The notes under the pieces were generated by a model, which saw only the letters and a program-made list of their open reading frames with translations, had not been told where the DNA came from and made no database searches. A program made the translations under genes and the position numbers. 64,000 nucleotides of DNA. Source: Pseudanabaena sp. GTDB lineage: Bacteria; Cyanobacteriota; Cyanobacteriia; Pseudanabaenales; Pseudanabaenaceae. Positions within the stretch are counted from its first letter, which is position 1; each line of letters opens with the position of its first letter. This document shows positions 18,782-28,678 of this stretch, piece after piece. The stretch covers positions 22,833 to 86,832 of the forward strand of contig QBMK01000015.1 of assembly GCA_003249035.1 (NCBI GenBank), written 5' to 3'.

Positions 18782-19843
18782 CTATTCAACAAGTTTTGCC
18801 TCTAGTTCCTCAATCCGCTTCTCTAATTTGCGAACTGTACGCAGTAGATCGGGAAGTTGACGCTCAGCGATGACGATGCGCTTCCAGTCTTTTTCAGGAA
18901 CGACTGGATAGCCCATCATCGTCACACCTGCGGAAACATCGCTAGGAATACCCGACTTTGCACCAATGATTGCGCCATCGCCGATATGGATGTGATTAGC
19001 AGCACCAACCTGACCTGCCATGACTACATGATGACCAAGGGTGACACCACCTGCTAAGCCCACCTGTGAAGCGAGAACGGAATGTGCTCCAACTTCGACT
19101 CCATGTCCGATCTGGACAAAGTTATCCAATTTTGCGCCTTTATGAATGATCGTCACGCCGACGGCGGGACGGTCAACGGCACAGGAGCAGCCTAGTTCGA
19201 CATTGTCCTCAATAATTACATGCCCGATTTGAGGGACTTTGTACCATGTGCCATTAGGGGAAATCTCGAAGCCAAAGCCGTCGCCGCCTAAAACCGTGCT
19301 GGGATGGAATAGACAATTTGCGCCGATTTGGGTACGATCGCTAATTACACAATTGGCATGAATGGTCGTATTTGCACCAATCTCGACATCGTTATAAATG
19401 GTGACATGGGGATAAATCGTGACATTATCACCAATTTTGACGCGATCGCTAATGACCACATAGGGTGCGATCGCGACGTTATTCCCCAACTGCACATCTT
19501 CACCCAAAATTGCGGTGGAATGAATACCGATAGGCGGAGTGGGCGGTTGATAAAACTTTTCAAGAACCTTGGCAAATAGGATGCGGGGATGGGCGGTACG
19601 AATACAGGGCAAGGTTGACGGAGTTTTGAGATCGAGGATGACAGCGCTAGCTTGGGTATCTTTGAGACGGGCGACAAATTTTGACGAGGACACAAAGGTT
19701 ATCTCTCCAGATTGCGCCTTGTCGATTGCAGCGACACCCGAAATTATGGGGTCAGTCCCATCGGACTCAAATTGACAATCGGGCAGTGAGGCGACAAACT
19801 CAGCTGCGAGTTCCGAGAGTTTGAAAGAAATTGTTTGTGTCAT
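18782..19843 (-). CDS. lpxD: UDP-3-O-acylglucosamine N-acyltransferase
   Basis: 353 aa. N-terminal LpxD domain, a long run of hexapeptide (left-handed beta-helix) repeats and a C-terminal coiled helix. Confidence 0.9.
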   Translation of the reverse strand: MTQTISFKLSELAAEFVASLPDCQFESDGTDPIISGVAAIDKAQSGEITFVSSSKFVARLKDTQASAVILDLKTPSTLPCIRTAHPRILFAKVLEKFYQPPTPPIGIHSTAILGEDVQLGNNVAIAPYVVISDRVKIGDNVTIYPHVTIYNDVEIGANTTIHANCVISDRTQIGANCLFHPSTVLGGDGFGFEISPNGTWYKVPQIGHVIIEDNVELGCSCAVDRPAVGVTIIHKGAKLDNFVQIGHGVEVGAHSVLASQVGLAGGVTLGHHVVMAGQVGAANHIHIGDGAIIGAKSGIPSDVSAGVTMMGYPVVPEKDWKRIVIAERQLPDLLRTVRKLEKRIEELEAKLVE

Positions 19844-19915
19844 GGATCTGATGTCATATCAAGAATGCGCGATCACCATAATACTTAATCCACAGGTACT
19901 CATTTTAAAAATGCT

Positions 19916-19943
19916 ATAAGGGCAATTCATGAATTGCCCTTAT
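19916..19943. terminator. Perfect 28-nt palindrome (terminator-like)
   Basis: ATAAGGGCAATTCA/TGAATTGCCCTTAT, downstream of the methyltransferase gene. It shares the core AAGGGCAA...TTGCCCTT with the hairpin at 43876-43924. Confidence 0.6.
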
Positions 19944-19988
19944 GCTCACATTTACAGCAATTTACGATCAAAAATTTATTGTGGATTT

Positions 19989-20957
19989 CTATGAGTGTAA
20001 ATTACTGTTAGCTGCCTTAGCGATCGCAGTGCGGTGACGGGGAGTATTAGCAACAATAGTCGGAGACTCAAACCCTGCGGCGACTAATTCTGAGGCAAGA
20101 TCAAAGGAGAAGTACTGATCGAGATAGGGCTCCGTACTTTTGAGTAGAGTCAAAATATAGGGTGGCATTTTGAAATAAATATCAGAGTAGGGATTCATAT
20201 CCATAAGTGCAAAATGACCATCGGGTCTCAAAACACGGCGCATCTCACGTAGGATTTCACGCGTCGCATCTTGAGGCAACTCATGGAATAGAAGGAAACA
20301 CGACACAAAATCAAAGGAGCTATCAGGTAACCCAGTTTGTTCTGCTGTGGAATGTACCCATTGAACTTGTTGATTTTCGGCTAATTCAGGATATTTAGTG
20401 CGCGTATTGTAATTTGCGATCGCTAAAAAATGTGGTGACAAGTCCAAGCCCGTAATTTTCGCTTGTGGATAAGCCTTATGTAGAGCGAAAGTGCTCATGC
20501 CAACGCTGCAACCAATATCGAGAATATCTTGAGGTGGAGTTGAGATCTTGTCTTTAACAATATCGATATAACTTTGACGCAATCTCGCATCACCTTCTAC
20601 AGGAGGCTGAGCATCATTCCAAATGCGTGAATGTACAGCATAGGCGGCAACTTCTACTTCCGTTGCTGGCAGCCAGCCAAGATTGCCTTCTTCATAGGCG
20701 TGGAAATGTTTAAGATAATAGTCGGGATATTGTATATGAGGATTTTGGACTTTGGCAAGTTCTCCATCAAGATCCTGTTTTTGTAAATCAGCAACAATTT
20801 GCCTCCAGTTTACGCCCATCGACTCAGCCCGTTCGATCATCATTTTTCGAGCGCGTTGCTTAGCTATGTTAAATAAAGGCGCGATCGCTAAAATGCCATT
20901 TACTAAACGGGAAGCTAATCCGATCTTTGGGCTAGTGGCTGAAGTTGTGACAGTCAT
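19989..20957 (-). CDS. Class I SAM-dependent methyltransferase
   Basis: 322 aa. Motif I ILDIGCSVG and the post-I/II pattern DFVSCFLLFHELP. Confidence 0.8.
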   Translation of the reverse strand: MTVTTSATSPKIGLASRLVNGILAIAPLFNIAKQRARKMMIERAESMGVNWRQIVADLQKQDLDGELAKVQNPHIQYPDYYLKHFHAYEEGNLGWLPATEVEVAAYAVHSRIWNDAQPPVEGDARLRQSYIDIVKDKISTPPQDILDIGCSVGMSTFALHKAYPQAKITGLDLSPHFLAIANYNTRTKYPELAENQQVQWVHSTAEQTGLPDSSFDFVSCFLLFHELPQDATREILREMRRVLRPDGHFALMDMNPYSDIYFKMPPYILTLLKSTEPYLDQYFSFDLASELVAAGFESPTIVANTPRHRTAIAKAANSNLHS

Positions 20958-21020
20958 AAGTAATTTTAAAAATATAGTTTATAAAATCGTAGAATAACAA
21001 ACAGAACTTTATCCTCTAAG

Positions 21021-21066
21021 ATTTTACGTGACTTAATCTCGATCTCGGGATTAAGTCACGTAAAAT
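21021..21066. promoter_or_regulatory. Perfect 18-bp inverted repeat in a divergent promoter region (operator candidate)
   Basis: ATTTTACGTGACTTAATC (21021-21038) and GATTAAGTCACGTAAAAT (21049-21066), separated by a 10-nt spacer. Confidence 0.4.
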
Positions 21067-21193
21067 CATTATCGGTTCTAGCGATCGCATCGCCACACTA
21101 TGCAAACCGCCTGATTTGCAGCACGCTCATCAAAAATCTTGGAGTAGGCATGTTATACAATATGAAGGCTTTTCTAATGGTTGAGTTTTTTCT

Positions 21194-21571
21194 ATGCAAG
21201 TTTGGGTATTGCTGTTTAACGCCAACACCGATAACGAAGGTATATATACTCTAGAAATTGAGGGCAACAATATTATTGTCGCCTTTGAGCAAGAGGATGA
21301 CGCAATTCGTTATGCAGGTCTATTGGAGGCACAGGACTTTTTGTCGCCTACAGTTGAACGCATCGACAAACAGGATTTAGAAGAATTTTGTGAAGAAGCT
21401 GGCTATGACTTAAATATAGTACCGACCGACGCTTTGTTGGTTCCTCCCGAAAAAAATGTTGATAAAACTGATTGGTCTAGCGATCGCGATTTACAAGATG
21501 AAGAGGATGAAGTTGAGGTAGAAGATCCCGTAATTGCCATGATGCGTCGTCGTCTAGAGAATTTACTGTAG
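21194..21571 (+). CDS. Small acidic conserved protein (DUF3110-like)
   Basis: 125-aa ORF. The N-terminal beta-alpha pattern VWVLLFNANTDNEGIYTLE...IVAFEQEDDAIRYAGLLEAQ resembles the cyanobacterial/plastid DUF3110 family. Confidence 0.5.
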   Translation: MQVWVLLFNANTDNEGIYTLEIEGNNIIVAFEQEDDAIRYAGLLEAQDFLSPTVERIDKQDLEEFCEEAGYDLNIVPTDALLVPPEKNVDKTDWSSDRDLQDEEDEVEVEDPVIAMMRRRLENLL

Positions 21572-21602
21572 TGATTCTCAATTTGTTATAGGTATTACCA
21601 AG

Positions 21603-22085
21603 ATGTCAGATCTACCTTCCAATACTTTAACCAACGTCATCACCAAATTTGAACCAACCGCTGAAGGTAATGAAAGTGATGGGTGGTTTAACTATCCCGT
21701 GCGTGTTTATCCTCATCACACTGACTATGCTGGCGTAGTGTGGCATGGCACTTATTTAACTTGGATGGAAGAGGCGCGGGTTGAATGCTTGCGAACAGTG
21801 GGCATGAGCTTTGAGGAGTTAGTCTCAGCAGGTGTGGATTTGCCAGTAGCCGAGATGAATCTGCGCTATCACCGCTCAGCGCGTATGGGTGATGATGTGC
21901 TGGTAATGACTAGGCTTGTACCAGATAAAGTCCGCCTGAACTGGGAATATCAAATTCGCACCGAAACAGATCTATGTGTAACAGCAGTGGTTACCCTTGT
22001 ACCTGTAGATTTTGAAAAACGTAAGTTGTTGCGATCGCTACCAAGTTCATTAGAAGGGGCGATCGCTAAGCTTACGGGAATTTAA
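21603..22085 (+). CDS. Acyl-CoA thioesterase, 4HBT/YbgC hotdog family
   Basis: 160 aa. Hotdog-fold signature YPVRVYPHHTDYAGVVWHGTYLTWMEEAR. Confidence 0.75.
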   Translation: MSDLPSNTLTNVITKFEPTAEGNESDGWFNYPVRVYPHHTDYAGVVWHGTYLTWMEEARVECLRTVGMSFEELVSAGVDLPVAEMNLRYHRSARMGDDVLVMTRLVPDKVRLNWEYQIRTETDLCVTAVVTLVPVDFEKRKLLRSLPSSLEGAIAKLTGI

Positions 22086-22144
22086 GTTTTGAACCTCGCA
22101 TTGCGAGGTTTAAATGCATAGTAACTGAGGAAATCAATCAAATC

Positions 22145-23356
22145 ATGGCAAATTGGCAAGTAATTGCAGGCGGCGTGACCGCAGCAAAGGGCTATAAAGC
22201 AGCAGGGATTACAGCAGGACTAAAACCATCGGGCGCACCTGACCTAACTTTGATCGCCTCCGATGTCCCTGCGATCGCCGCAGGTGTATTTACCAAGTCT
22301 TGTGTCAGAGCTGCTTGTGTGGACTTTAACCGCGAAATACTAGCTAAGGGCGGCTACGTTAGCACAATCCTTTGCAATGCTGGTCAAGCCAATGCCAGTA
22401 CGGGTGCTGAAGGTTGGCGCAATGCCGTTGAATGTGCGGAACTTGTAAAGAAAGCTTTGAATACCGCAGACGGCGTTTTGGTGGCTTCTACTGGTGTAAT
22501 TGGTAAGCAATTGCTGATGGACAAGATGCGGGCAGGCATTGCCAAAATTGCGCCATTAATTTCAACCGATGGTGGTGAAGATGCTTCGCGATCGATCATG
22601 ACCACTGACTCCGTGCCCAAAAGTATTGCCTTAGAAACAGTGATCGACGGCAAGCCCGTTAGAATTGGCGGTATCTGCAAAGGCTCAGGGATGATTCATC
22701 CTAATATGGCGACGATGCTGGGCTTTGTCACTTGTGATGCGGGAGTCGAGCCAAAGCTTTGGCAAAAGATGTTGTCTAGTTCTATTGATGCTAGCTTCAA
22801 CCAAGTTACTGTCGATGGCGACACCAGCACCAATGACATGGTTTTGGCACTCTGCAATGGTCAGTCTGGCGTAACTGTTGTTGATGAAGATTCTGATGCA
22901 GCACAGCAGTTACAAGCCATGCTAAAGGAAGTCTGTATGAGCTTAGCTAAGGCGATCGCTCGTGACGGTGAAGGCGCAACCTGCATGATTGAGGTCAATG
23001 TCACTGGCGCATCTAGCACCGAGGCTGCGCGTCAAATCGCCAAAACCATTGTCGGTTCATCACTTGTAAAATCCGCAATTTTTGGTAACGATCCTAACTG
23101 GGGCAGAATTGCCGCCGCCGCAGGGCGATCGGGAGTTGATTTCAATCAAGATCTGTTGAATATTCAGCTGGGTGATTTTGTTATGATGAAGGATGGCACA
23201 CCGCAGGAATACGATCGCAATGCCGCTAGTAACTATCTCAAAAATGACACCGTAATTATCAACGTTGGTGTCGGCGATGGCAGTGGCGATGGCACTGCAT
23301 GGGGCTGTGACCTTAGCTACGATTACGTCAAGATCAACGCTGAATACACCACATAA
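22145..23356 (+). CDS. argJ: Bifunctional ornithine acetyltransferase / N-acetylglutamate synthase
   Basis: 403 aa. Autoproteolytic site context GMIHPNMATMLGFVTCDA and a C-terminal ...YVKINAEYTT typical of ArgJ. Confidence 0.92.
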   Translation: MANWQVIAGGVTAAKGYKAAGITAGLKPSGAPDLTLIASDVPAIAAGVFTKSCVRAACVDFNREILAKGGYVSTILCNAGQANASTGAEGWRNAVECAELVKKALNTADGVLVASTGVIGKQLLMDKMRAGIAKIAPLISTDGGEDASRSIMTTDSVPKSIALETVIDGKPVRIGGICKGSGMIHPNMATMLGFVTCDAGVEPKLWQKMLSSSIDASFNQVTVDGDTSTNDMVLALCNGQSGVTVVDEDSDAAQQLQAMLKEVCMSLAKAIARDGEGATCMIEVNVTGASSTEAARQIAKTIVGSSLVKSAIFGNDPNWGRIAAAAGRSGVDFNQDLLNIQLGDFVMMKDGTPQEYDRNAASNYLKNDTVIINVGVGDGSGDGTAWGCDLSYDYVKINAEYTT

Positions 23357-23357
23357 C

Positions 23358-23389
23358 AAAAGAGGCGTGCTTGGCACGCCTCTTTTTTG
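23358..23389 (+). terminator. Intrinsic terminator of argJ
   Basis: AGAGGCGTGC-ttg-GCACGCCTCT followed by TTTTTT. Confidence 0.8.
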
Positions 23390-23562
23390 TTCGTCATCAG
23401 ACGGTTAATGCACTGCCTCACGAATTTAGCGATATTGAGTTGCAATCAATAAATCTTTGCTGAGTGTTTTGCTTCAATCTCAACTTTCTTTACCTCCCGG
23501 ATTCATCTATTAAGCCAATCGAATTACTCAATTATAAGGTTTCAAAAAGCTAAAATCTGTAG

Positions 23563-24432
23563 ATGGATAAGCTTTCACTTTTTCCCACCGAAGACGGATC
23601 TGTTACCTTTTGGTCAGAAACATTTCAAGAAACATTCCATAGTACGCACGGGGCAAAACACGAAGCCGAAGCTAAATTTGTCATACCCTCCAAAATTGCC
23701 GAAAAAGCCAGCGCCCAAACTCAACTCAACATACTTGATGTTTGTTATGGATTAGGCTACAACACTGCCGCCGCGATCGCATCCGTATCAGAATTGAGTA
23801 ATCGCAACGCTAATCTCCACATCATCGCCCTCGAAAATAACCTCGAAGTCCCACAACAAGCGATCACCCTAGGATTATTGGATGTCTGGCAGTCTGAGAT
23901 TGTGCAAATACTTACTGTTGCTGCCAAAACTCAAGCTGTAAAAAACGATGATTTATTTTTACAACTACTAATTGGCGATGCAAGGCAGACTATTAGCCAA
24001 GTGCCTACCAAGTGGGCAGATGCCATCTTTCTCGATCCTTTCTCACCGCCCCATTGTCCCCAACTCTGGACAGTGGAATTTATACAGCTTTTAGCCAACT
24101 GTCTCAAACCCGACGGCTATCTTGTCACTTATTCCTCATCCGCAGCTGTTCGTGCCGCCATGCTTAACGCAGGGTTGCAAATTGGTGCGATCGCGCCAAT
24201 TGGTCGTAAATCTCCCAGCACGATCGCCGCCTTTGCACCTACACCATTACCACCAATCTCCGAAACTGAAGCAGCCTTTCTCAAGACTCGTGCTGCTATT
24301 CCCTATCGCGATCGCACCTTGCACAGCACAGACTCAGAAATCATAGCAATCCGTAAAGTTGAGCAGAATAGTAGTGACCTTCCTCCGAGCTCTAGCATTC
24401 GAAACAAAAAACTAGCCTCATCGTTGCCATAA
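23563..24432 (+). CDS. MnmC/MnmD-like SAM-dependent methyltransferase domain protein (DUF752 type)
   Basis: 289 aa. Motifs TEDGS.TFWSE.F.E.FHS..GA, ILDVCYGLGYNTAA and DAIFLDPFSP. Confidence 0.6.
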   Translation: MDKLSLFPTEDGSVTFWSETFQETFHSTHGAKHEAEAKFVIPSKIAEKASAQTQLNILDVCYGLGYNTAAAIASVSELSNRNANLHIIALENNLEVPQQAITLGLLDVWQSEIVQILTVAAKTQAVKNDDLFLQLLIGDARQTISQVPTKWADAIFLDPFSPPHCPQLWTVEFIQLLANCLKPDGYLVTYSSSAAVRAAMLNAGLQIGAIAPIGRKSPSTIAAFAPTPLPPISETEAAFLKTRAAIPYRDRTLHSTDSEIIAIRKVEQNSSDLPPSSSIRNKKLASSLP

Positions 24433-24480
24433 AGCTACAACAGCTTAGCCGCAATTGATTTATCACATAATCTGGTACTA

Positions 24481-24518
24481 CCAATTCACAAAAGTGTCGT
24501 CACACTTTTGTGAATTGG
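24481..24518. terminator. Bidirectional hairpin between convergent genes
   Basis: CCAATTCACAAAAGTGT-cgtc-ACACTTTTGTGAATTGG (17-bp perfect arms). Confidence 0.75.
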
Positions 24519-24520
24519 AA

Positions 24521-25672
24521 CTAAGTATAAATTTCGCCTAGTAAAACCGATCGCTTTGCACCGGTAACACTTGGCAAGTTACCAGCACGTCCATTTAGTC
24601 GCAAGTATCCCAATACGGCAAAGGCGATCGCCTCTTTACTGTCACTACTCATCCCAAAATCATCAGTACGTTTAACGATCGCAGGAGCTAATAAATCTTG
24701 TAAGCGCTCCATCAAATAACCGTTGCTCCCACCGCCGCCGCCAATCAAAACTTCATTAGGAAATACGGGTAGAAAATCACGGTAACTTTTGGCGATCGCC
24801 ATAGCCGTAAATTCTGTCAGCGTAGCCAAAATATCGTAATTACTCAAATGTTGGCATTCCGCTAAACGTGCTGCTAAATAGTCGGGACTAAATAACTCAC
24901 GACCTGTAGATTTTGGCGGCGTGGTTATAAAAAATTCTTGCTTTAACCAATTATTTATTAAATTTAAATCTGGCTTACCTTGTTGGGCGATCGCACCATC
25001 ACGATCAAAAGATTCACCAAATAGCTTTTGGGTTGCCATATCCATTAAGACATTGCCAGTACCATTATCAAAACCAAATACCTGCGCCTTATTCTCTATT
25101 GAATTAGGCGGCAAATAGGTTAGATTGCTGATGCCGCCAATATTTTGGCAGACACGATATTTTGTGGGATCTGAAAACATCAAAACATCCAACATAGAGA
25201 CAAGTGGAGCGCCCTGACCACCAGCCTCAATATCTGCAACTCGAAAATCGCTAACGGTTGTGATTCTCGTCAGTTTGGCGATTAATGCTCCTCTGCCAAG
25301 CTGGACCGTATAGCCCATTTTCTTAGCAACAGGAGGACGATGAAATACAGTTTGTCCGTGAGAACCAATCAGATCGGGTTTTTTAACTCCTTTTTCCATA
25401 ATTGCGATCGCGGCTTGAGCAAAACTCTCGGCAATACGATCGTCGAGTTCACATATTTGCTGTAGCGATCGCGCTTCCCCTGCACAGACAGCTAATATCT
25501 CGGCTCTGAGATCGGCGGGGTATGGGTAAGTATATCCTGCGATTAAATTGGTTTCCAGATGATTGTGGCGATCGCAAATTTCCACCAGGGCTGCATCGAT
25601 CCCATCCACCGATGTCCCACTCATCAAACCAATCGCTAATATTTTTGTTCTTCCCGATAGAGAATTAATCAT
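24521..25672 (-). CDS. anmK: Anhydro-N-acetylmuramic acid kinase
   Basis: 383 aa. N-terminal GLMSGTSVDGIDAALV and overall AnmK pattern. Confidence 0.9.
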   Translation of the reverse strand: MINSLSGRTKILAIGLMSGTSVDGIDAALVEICDRHNHLETNLIAGYTYPYPADLRAEILAVCAGEARSLQQICELDDRIAESFAQAAIAIMEKGVKKPDLIGSHGQTVFHRPPVAKKMGYTVQLGRGALIAKLTRITTVSDFRVADIEAGGQGAPLVSMLDVLMFSDPTKYRVCQNIGGISNLTYLPPNSIENKAQVFGFDNGTGNVLMDMATQKLFGESFDRDGAIAQQGKPDLNLINNWLKQEFFITTPPKSTGRELFSPDYLAARLAECQHLSNYDILATLTEFTAMAIAKSYRDFLPVFPNEVLIGGGGGSNGYLMERLQDLLAPAIVKRTDDFGMSSDSKEAIAFAVLGYLRLNGRAGNLPSVTGAKRSVLLGEIYT

Positions 25673-25716
25673 GGATTTTAGCTAAAAAGATAATTGTGAT
25701 CGCCTTTATTGATTTA

Positions 25717-26094
25717 CTAAGCCTGTTTCCGATTGAGCATCTCAATCATCAGCCTGATACTTTCAGCTTGAGTCTGAGCAACAATGGCTTGCTGTCTGGT
25801 GATTTCTTTGATTTCTAGTAATTCGGTGTGAAGATATTCGCTTTGAGTTTGCGACTTAATGGCTTGCTGTTTAATAATCTCCTTTATTTCAACAAGTTCG
25901 GCATGGAGAGTTTCACGTTGCTCTCTAGCTTCTTCCCTAACACTGTTTATCTCAGCTTTGACTGTTGGCAGTTCGAGGTAAAAAGCCTCTATGAGCCTAC
26001 CTATTTGTTCGCCTTGCTGGTCTATCTTGTCAGCTATCCGATCTACTTTGTCGGCAAATCTATCTAACCGTTCATCTGTCCATCTTTCAGCCAT
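25717..26094 (-). CDS. Hypothetical coiled-coil protein with an internal ~25-aa repeat
   Basis: 125-aa ORF, all heptad-like. Repeat: LHAELVEIKEIIKQQAIKSQTQSEY / LHTELLEIKEITRQQAIVAQTQAES. Confidence 0.45.
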   Translation of the reverse strand: MAERWTDERLDRFADKVDRIADKIDQQGEQIGRLIEAFYLELPTVKAEINSVREEAREQRETLHAELVEIKEIIKQQAIKSQTQSEYLHTELLEIKEITRQQAIVAQTQAESIRLMIEMLNRKQA

Positions 26095-26282
26095 TGTTTT
26101 ACTATCTTATTTATTTTCATTTTAACTCTCTGCGATCGCCGAAAATAGCCTTGTCTTAAGGTGATTTGTTTGAGGAGAGTGTATAGACTTCGTGAAGATA
26201 ATTGCATAGGTTATAGCTGTTTTTGAGCAATATACTCGCTAAATGCGATCTATTCACCACTTTTATACTCTTAACGTACCTT

Positions 26283-26429
26283 TTACATTTCTGGTGCTGG
26301 CTTATTGACTTCTAGCCAGTTATTTTCTTCTGCTTGCGCGATCGTTTCACCCAGAAATAGCCAGAGTTTGTGTTTCTCTTTTATGAGTGCATTGATAGAC
26401 TCAATAGCTGAGTGTAATGTTTGGTGCAT
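26283..26429 (-). CDS. Possible 48-aa small ORF
   Basis: ATG at 26429 to TAA at 26283-26285 (MHQTLHSAIESINALIKEKHKLWLFLGETIAQAEENNWLEVNKPAPEM). Not in the track because it is under 60 aa. There is no homology evidence. Confidence 0.2.
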   Translation of the reverse strand: MHQTLHSAIESINALIKEKHKLWLFLGETIAQAEENNWLEVNKPAPEM

Positions 26430-26480
26430 AGCTTACGCCTTTAGATTTTAAGCATGTCAATTATTTTACTTGTCTACAAG

Positions 26481-26560
26481 GCGATCGCTAATTTTCACTA
26501 GAGCTGCGTCGATGCCATCGACCGATGTACCACTCATCAACCTGATCGCTAATATTTTGT
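26481..26560 (-). pseudogene. Orphan duplicated fragment of the anmK 5' coding end
   Basis: About 85 percent identical over 80 nt to 25568-25648. It translates to KILAIRLMSGTSVDGIDAALVKISDR, versus KILAIGLMSGTSVDGIDAALVEICDR in AnmK. It has no start codon and no continuation. Confidence 0.7.
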
Positions 26561-26629
26561 CAGTTATTTGGTTTGCCAATTCTATAGATACGTATGATAT
26601 ATATTGATGAGCCTATTATTCAGATAATA

Positions 26630-27097
26630 ATGTGGATTTTCTTAGATATTGATGGAGTGCTTGTCCCCGAAAAAAAGTTTGACAAGCCAGTTCCACAGGA
26701 AGAATATATGAAATTCGACACCTATTGCCTGAATGAATTTGAAAATGTTCTTCGGAGCTTTGAGCAGGCAAAAGTGGTGATTAGTTCTTCATGGCGCGAA
26801 ATTTTTCCATTTGAAGTTATTCCGCCATTATTTTCACCAGATATCAGGGCGCGTATAGTTGGGGCAACCCCTCTTTTAGAAACCAAGATTATCCATAATT
26901 TCCAGTTTCTTCGTCATCAGGAGGTTATGGAATATCTCCGCCAAAATAATCAATCAGAAGATTCTCATTGGGTAGCCGTTGATGATATTCCCGAACACTA
27001 CGCACCCGAAGCACCAGTTGTCGCAACTGATCCTTACATTGGATTTGATCAAAATTCAGCTAAGACGCTTTCCCAGTATTTAGGCTCATTTAGGTAA
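26630..27097 (+). CDS. Stand-alone HAD-like protein (resembles the HAD domain of 'Swiss Army Knife' RNA-repair proteins)
   Basis: Likely start MWIFLDIDGVL at 26630 (the track ORF begins 36 nt upstream). Motifs FLDIDGVL, ISSSWR, VAVDD. Confidence 0.55.
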   Translation: MWIFLDIDGVLVPEKKFDKPVPQEEYMKFDTYCLNEFENVLRSFEQAKVVISSSWREIFPFEVIPPLFSPDIRARIVGATPLLETKIIHNFQFLRHQEVMEYLRQNNQSEDSHWVAVDDIPEHYAPEAPVVATDPYIGFDQNSAKTLSQYLGSFR

Positions 27098-27143
27098 TAA
27101 AAAAAGCTGCTCTGCGCCATTTTTGTCATTATTATTTGAGTAT

Positions 27144-27198
27144 AAAGCTATAGCAATTGTCAAAATGGAATTGCCATTTTGACAATTGCTATAGCTTT
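27144..27198. terminator. Long perfect hairpin (25-bp arms)
   Basis: AAAGCTATAGCAATTGTCAAAATGG-aattg-CCATTTTGACAATTGCTATAGCTTT, between convergent genes. Confidence 0.7.
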
Positions 27199-27215
27199 TA
27201 CTAAGTTTGGGTATT

Positions 27216-27249
27216 AATTGCCAAAAGTTTGTTTACACTTTTGGCAATT
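27216..27249. terminator. Hairpin next to the gnd stop codon
   Basis: AATTGCCAAAAGT-ttgtttac-ACTTTTGGCAATT. Confidence 0.65.
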
Positions 27250-27253
27250 GGTA

Positions 27254-28678
27254 TTACTTCATCCACTCAGTGTGGAAAAATTCGCCTCTGGGCTTATCGG
27301 TGCGCTCATAGGTATGAGCGCCGAAGTAGTCGCGCTGTGCCTGAGTCAAGTTTTGAGGTAGGCGATCGCGTCTGTAGCTATCGAAATAATCGAGTGAAGC
27401 ACTAAAAGCGGGGATCGGAATACCCAATTGCGCCGCCGCCACAACTACCATGCGCCAAGCCAATTCCTTAGAAAGAATAGTTTCTTTGAAATCGGGATCA
27501 ACTAGCAGGTTAGGCAATTGAGGATTGCGCTGGAAAGCAACCTTAATCTTGTCAAGGAAAGCCGCACGAATAATACAGCCACCTTTCCAGATCCGCGCAA
27601 TTTCGCCCATATTTAAGTCATAACCAAATTCCTTAGATGCTGCACCCAAAAGCGCCATCCCTTGAGCGTAGGAACAAATCTTTGAGCAATACAATGCATC
27701 ACGAACCGCATCGATAAATTCTTGGCGATCGCCTTCATATTTACCAGAAGTCGAACTGACTAGCACCTTGGAAGCAGCCACCCTTTCCTCCTTATATGAA
27801 GACATGACTCGTGCTGTTACAGCAGCGATCATCGTGGGGATCGGTACGCCCAAATCAAAGGCGCTTTGGACAGTCCATTTGCCAGTGCCCTTTTGACCTG
27901 CCGCATCAAGAATTTTATTGACCAAGGCATCTCCTGTCTGATCGTCAATCTTGGTGAAAATATCAGCAGTAATGTCAATCAGATAGGAATCAAGCTCTGA
28001 ACTTTTCCATTCAGTAAAGGTTTTGTGCAACTCACTTGCAGTCAAGCCCAAACCAGTACTAAGCAAATCATAAGCCTCTGCAATAAGTTGCATATCGCCA
28101 TATTCAATGCCATTATGCACCATTTTTACATAATGCCCCGCGCTGCCTTTACCGATGTATGTCACACAAGGGCCATCATCAACCTGAGCCGCGATCTTAG
28201 TCACGATAGGCTCAATTTCAGCATAGGCAGATTTCTGACCGCCAGGCATCATACTGGGGCCATTGAGTGCGCCTTCTTCGCCGCCGCTCACACCCATACC
28301 GATAAACTTGAGATTGATAGCCTCTAACTCAACCGTTCTGCGTTCAGTATCGCCAAAGAGCGAGTTACCACCATCAATAATGATGTCACCTTCGTCCAGA
28401 AATGGGATTAGTTCTTTAATCACAGCATCAACTGGTGCTCCTGCTTTGACCATAATAAGCATTTTGCGGGGACGCTCTAAGGATGCTACAAAATCGGCAA
28501 TCGTGAATGTGCCCTTAAAATTCTTGCCAGCAGCTCGAGTGGCAAGAAATTTATCGGTCTTGTCTCGACTACGGTTATAAACACTCATCGAAAACCCGTT
28601 GCGCTCAATATTAAGAGCAAGGTTTTCACCCATCACCGCCAAACCAATCAATCCAAAATTTTGCTTGTCAGATGACAT
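27254..28678 (-). CDS. gnd: 6-phosphogluconate dehydrogenase (decarboxylating)
   Basis: Start at the ATG at 28678 ([23 protein letters not shown], a Rossmann NADP site). The track ORF extends 51 nt further upstream. Full-length Gnd pattern, including the C-terminal ...[12 protein letters not shown]. Confidence 0.93.
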   Translation of the reverse strand: MSSDKQNFGLIGLAVMGENLALNIERNGFSMSVYNRSRDKTDKFLATRAAGKNFKGTFTIADFVASLERPRKMLIMVKAGAPVDAVIKELIPFLDEGDIIIDGGNSLFGDTERRTVELEAINLKFIGMGVSGGEEGALNGPSMMPGGQKSAYAEIEPIVTKIAAQVDDGPCVTYIGKGSAGHYVKMVHNGIEYGDMQLIAEAYDLLSTGLGLTASELHKTFTEWKSSELDSYLIDITADIFTKIDDQTGDALVNKILDAAGQKGTGKWTVQSAFDLGVPIPTMIAAVTARVMSSYKEERVAASKVLVSSTSGKYEGDRQEFIDAVRDALYCSKICSYAQGMALLGAASKEFGYDLNMGEIARIWKGGCIIRAAFLDKIKVAFQRNPQLPNLLVDPDFKETILSKELAWRMVVVAAAQLGIPIPAFSASLDYFDSYRRDRLPQNLTQAQRDYFGAHTYERTDKPRGEFFHTEWMK

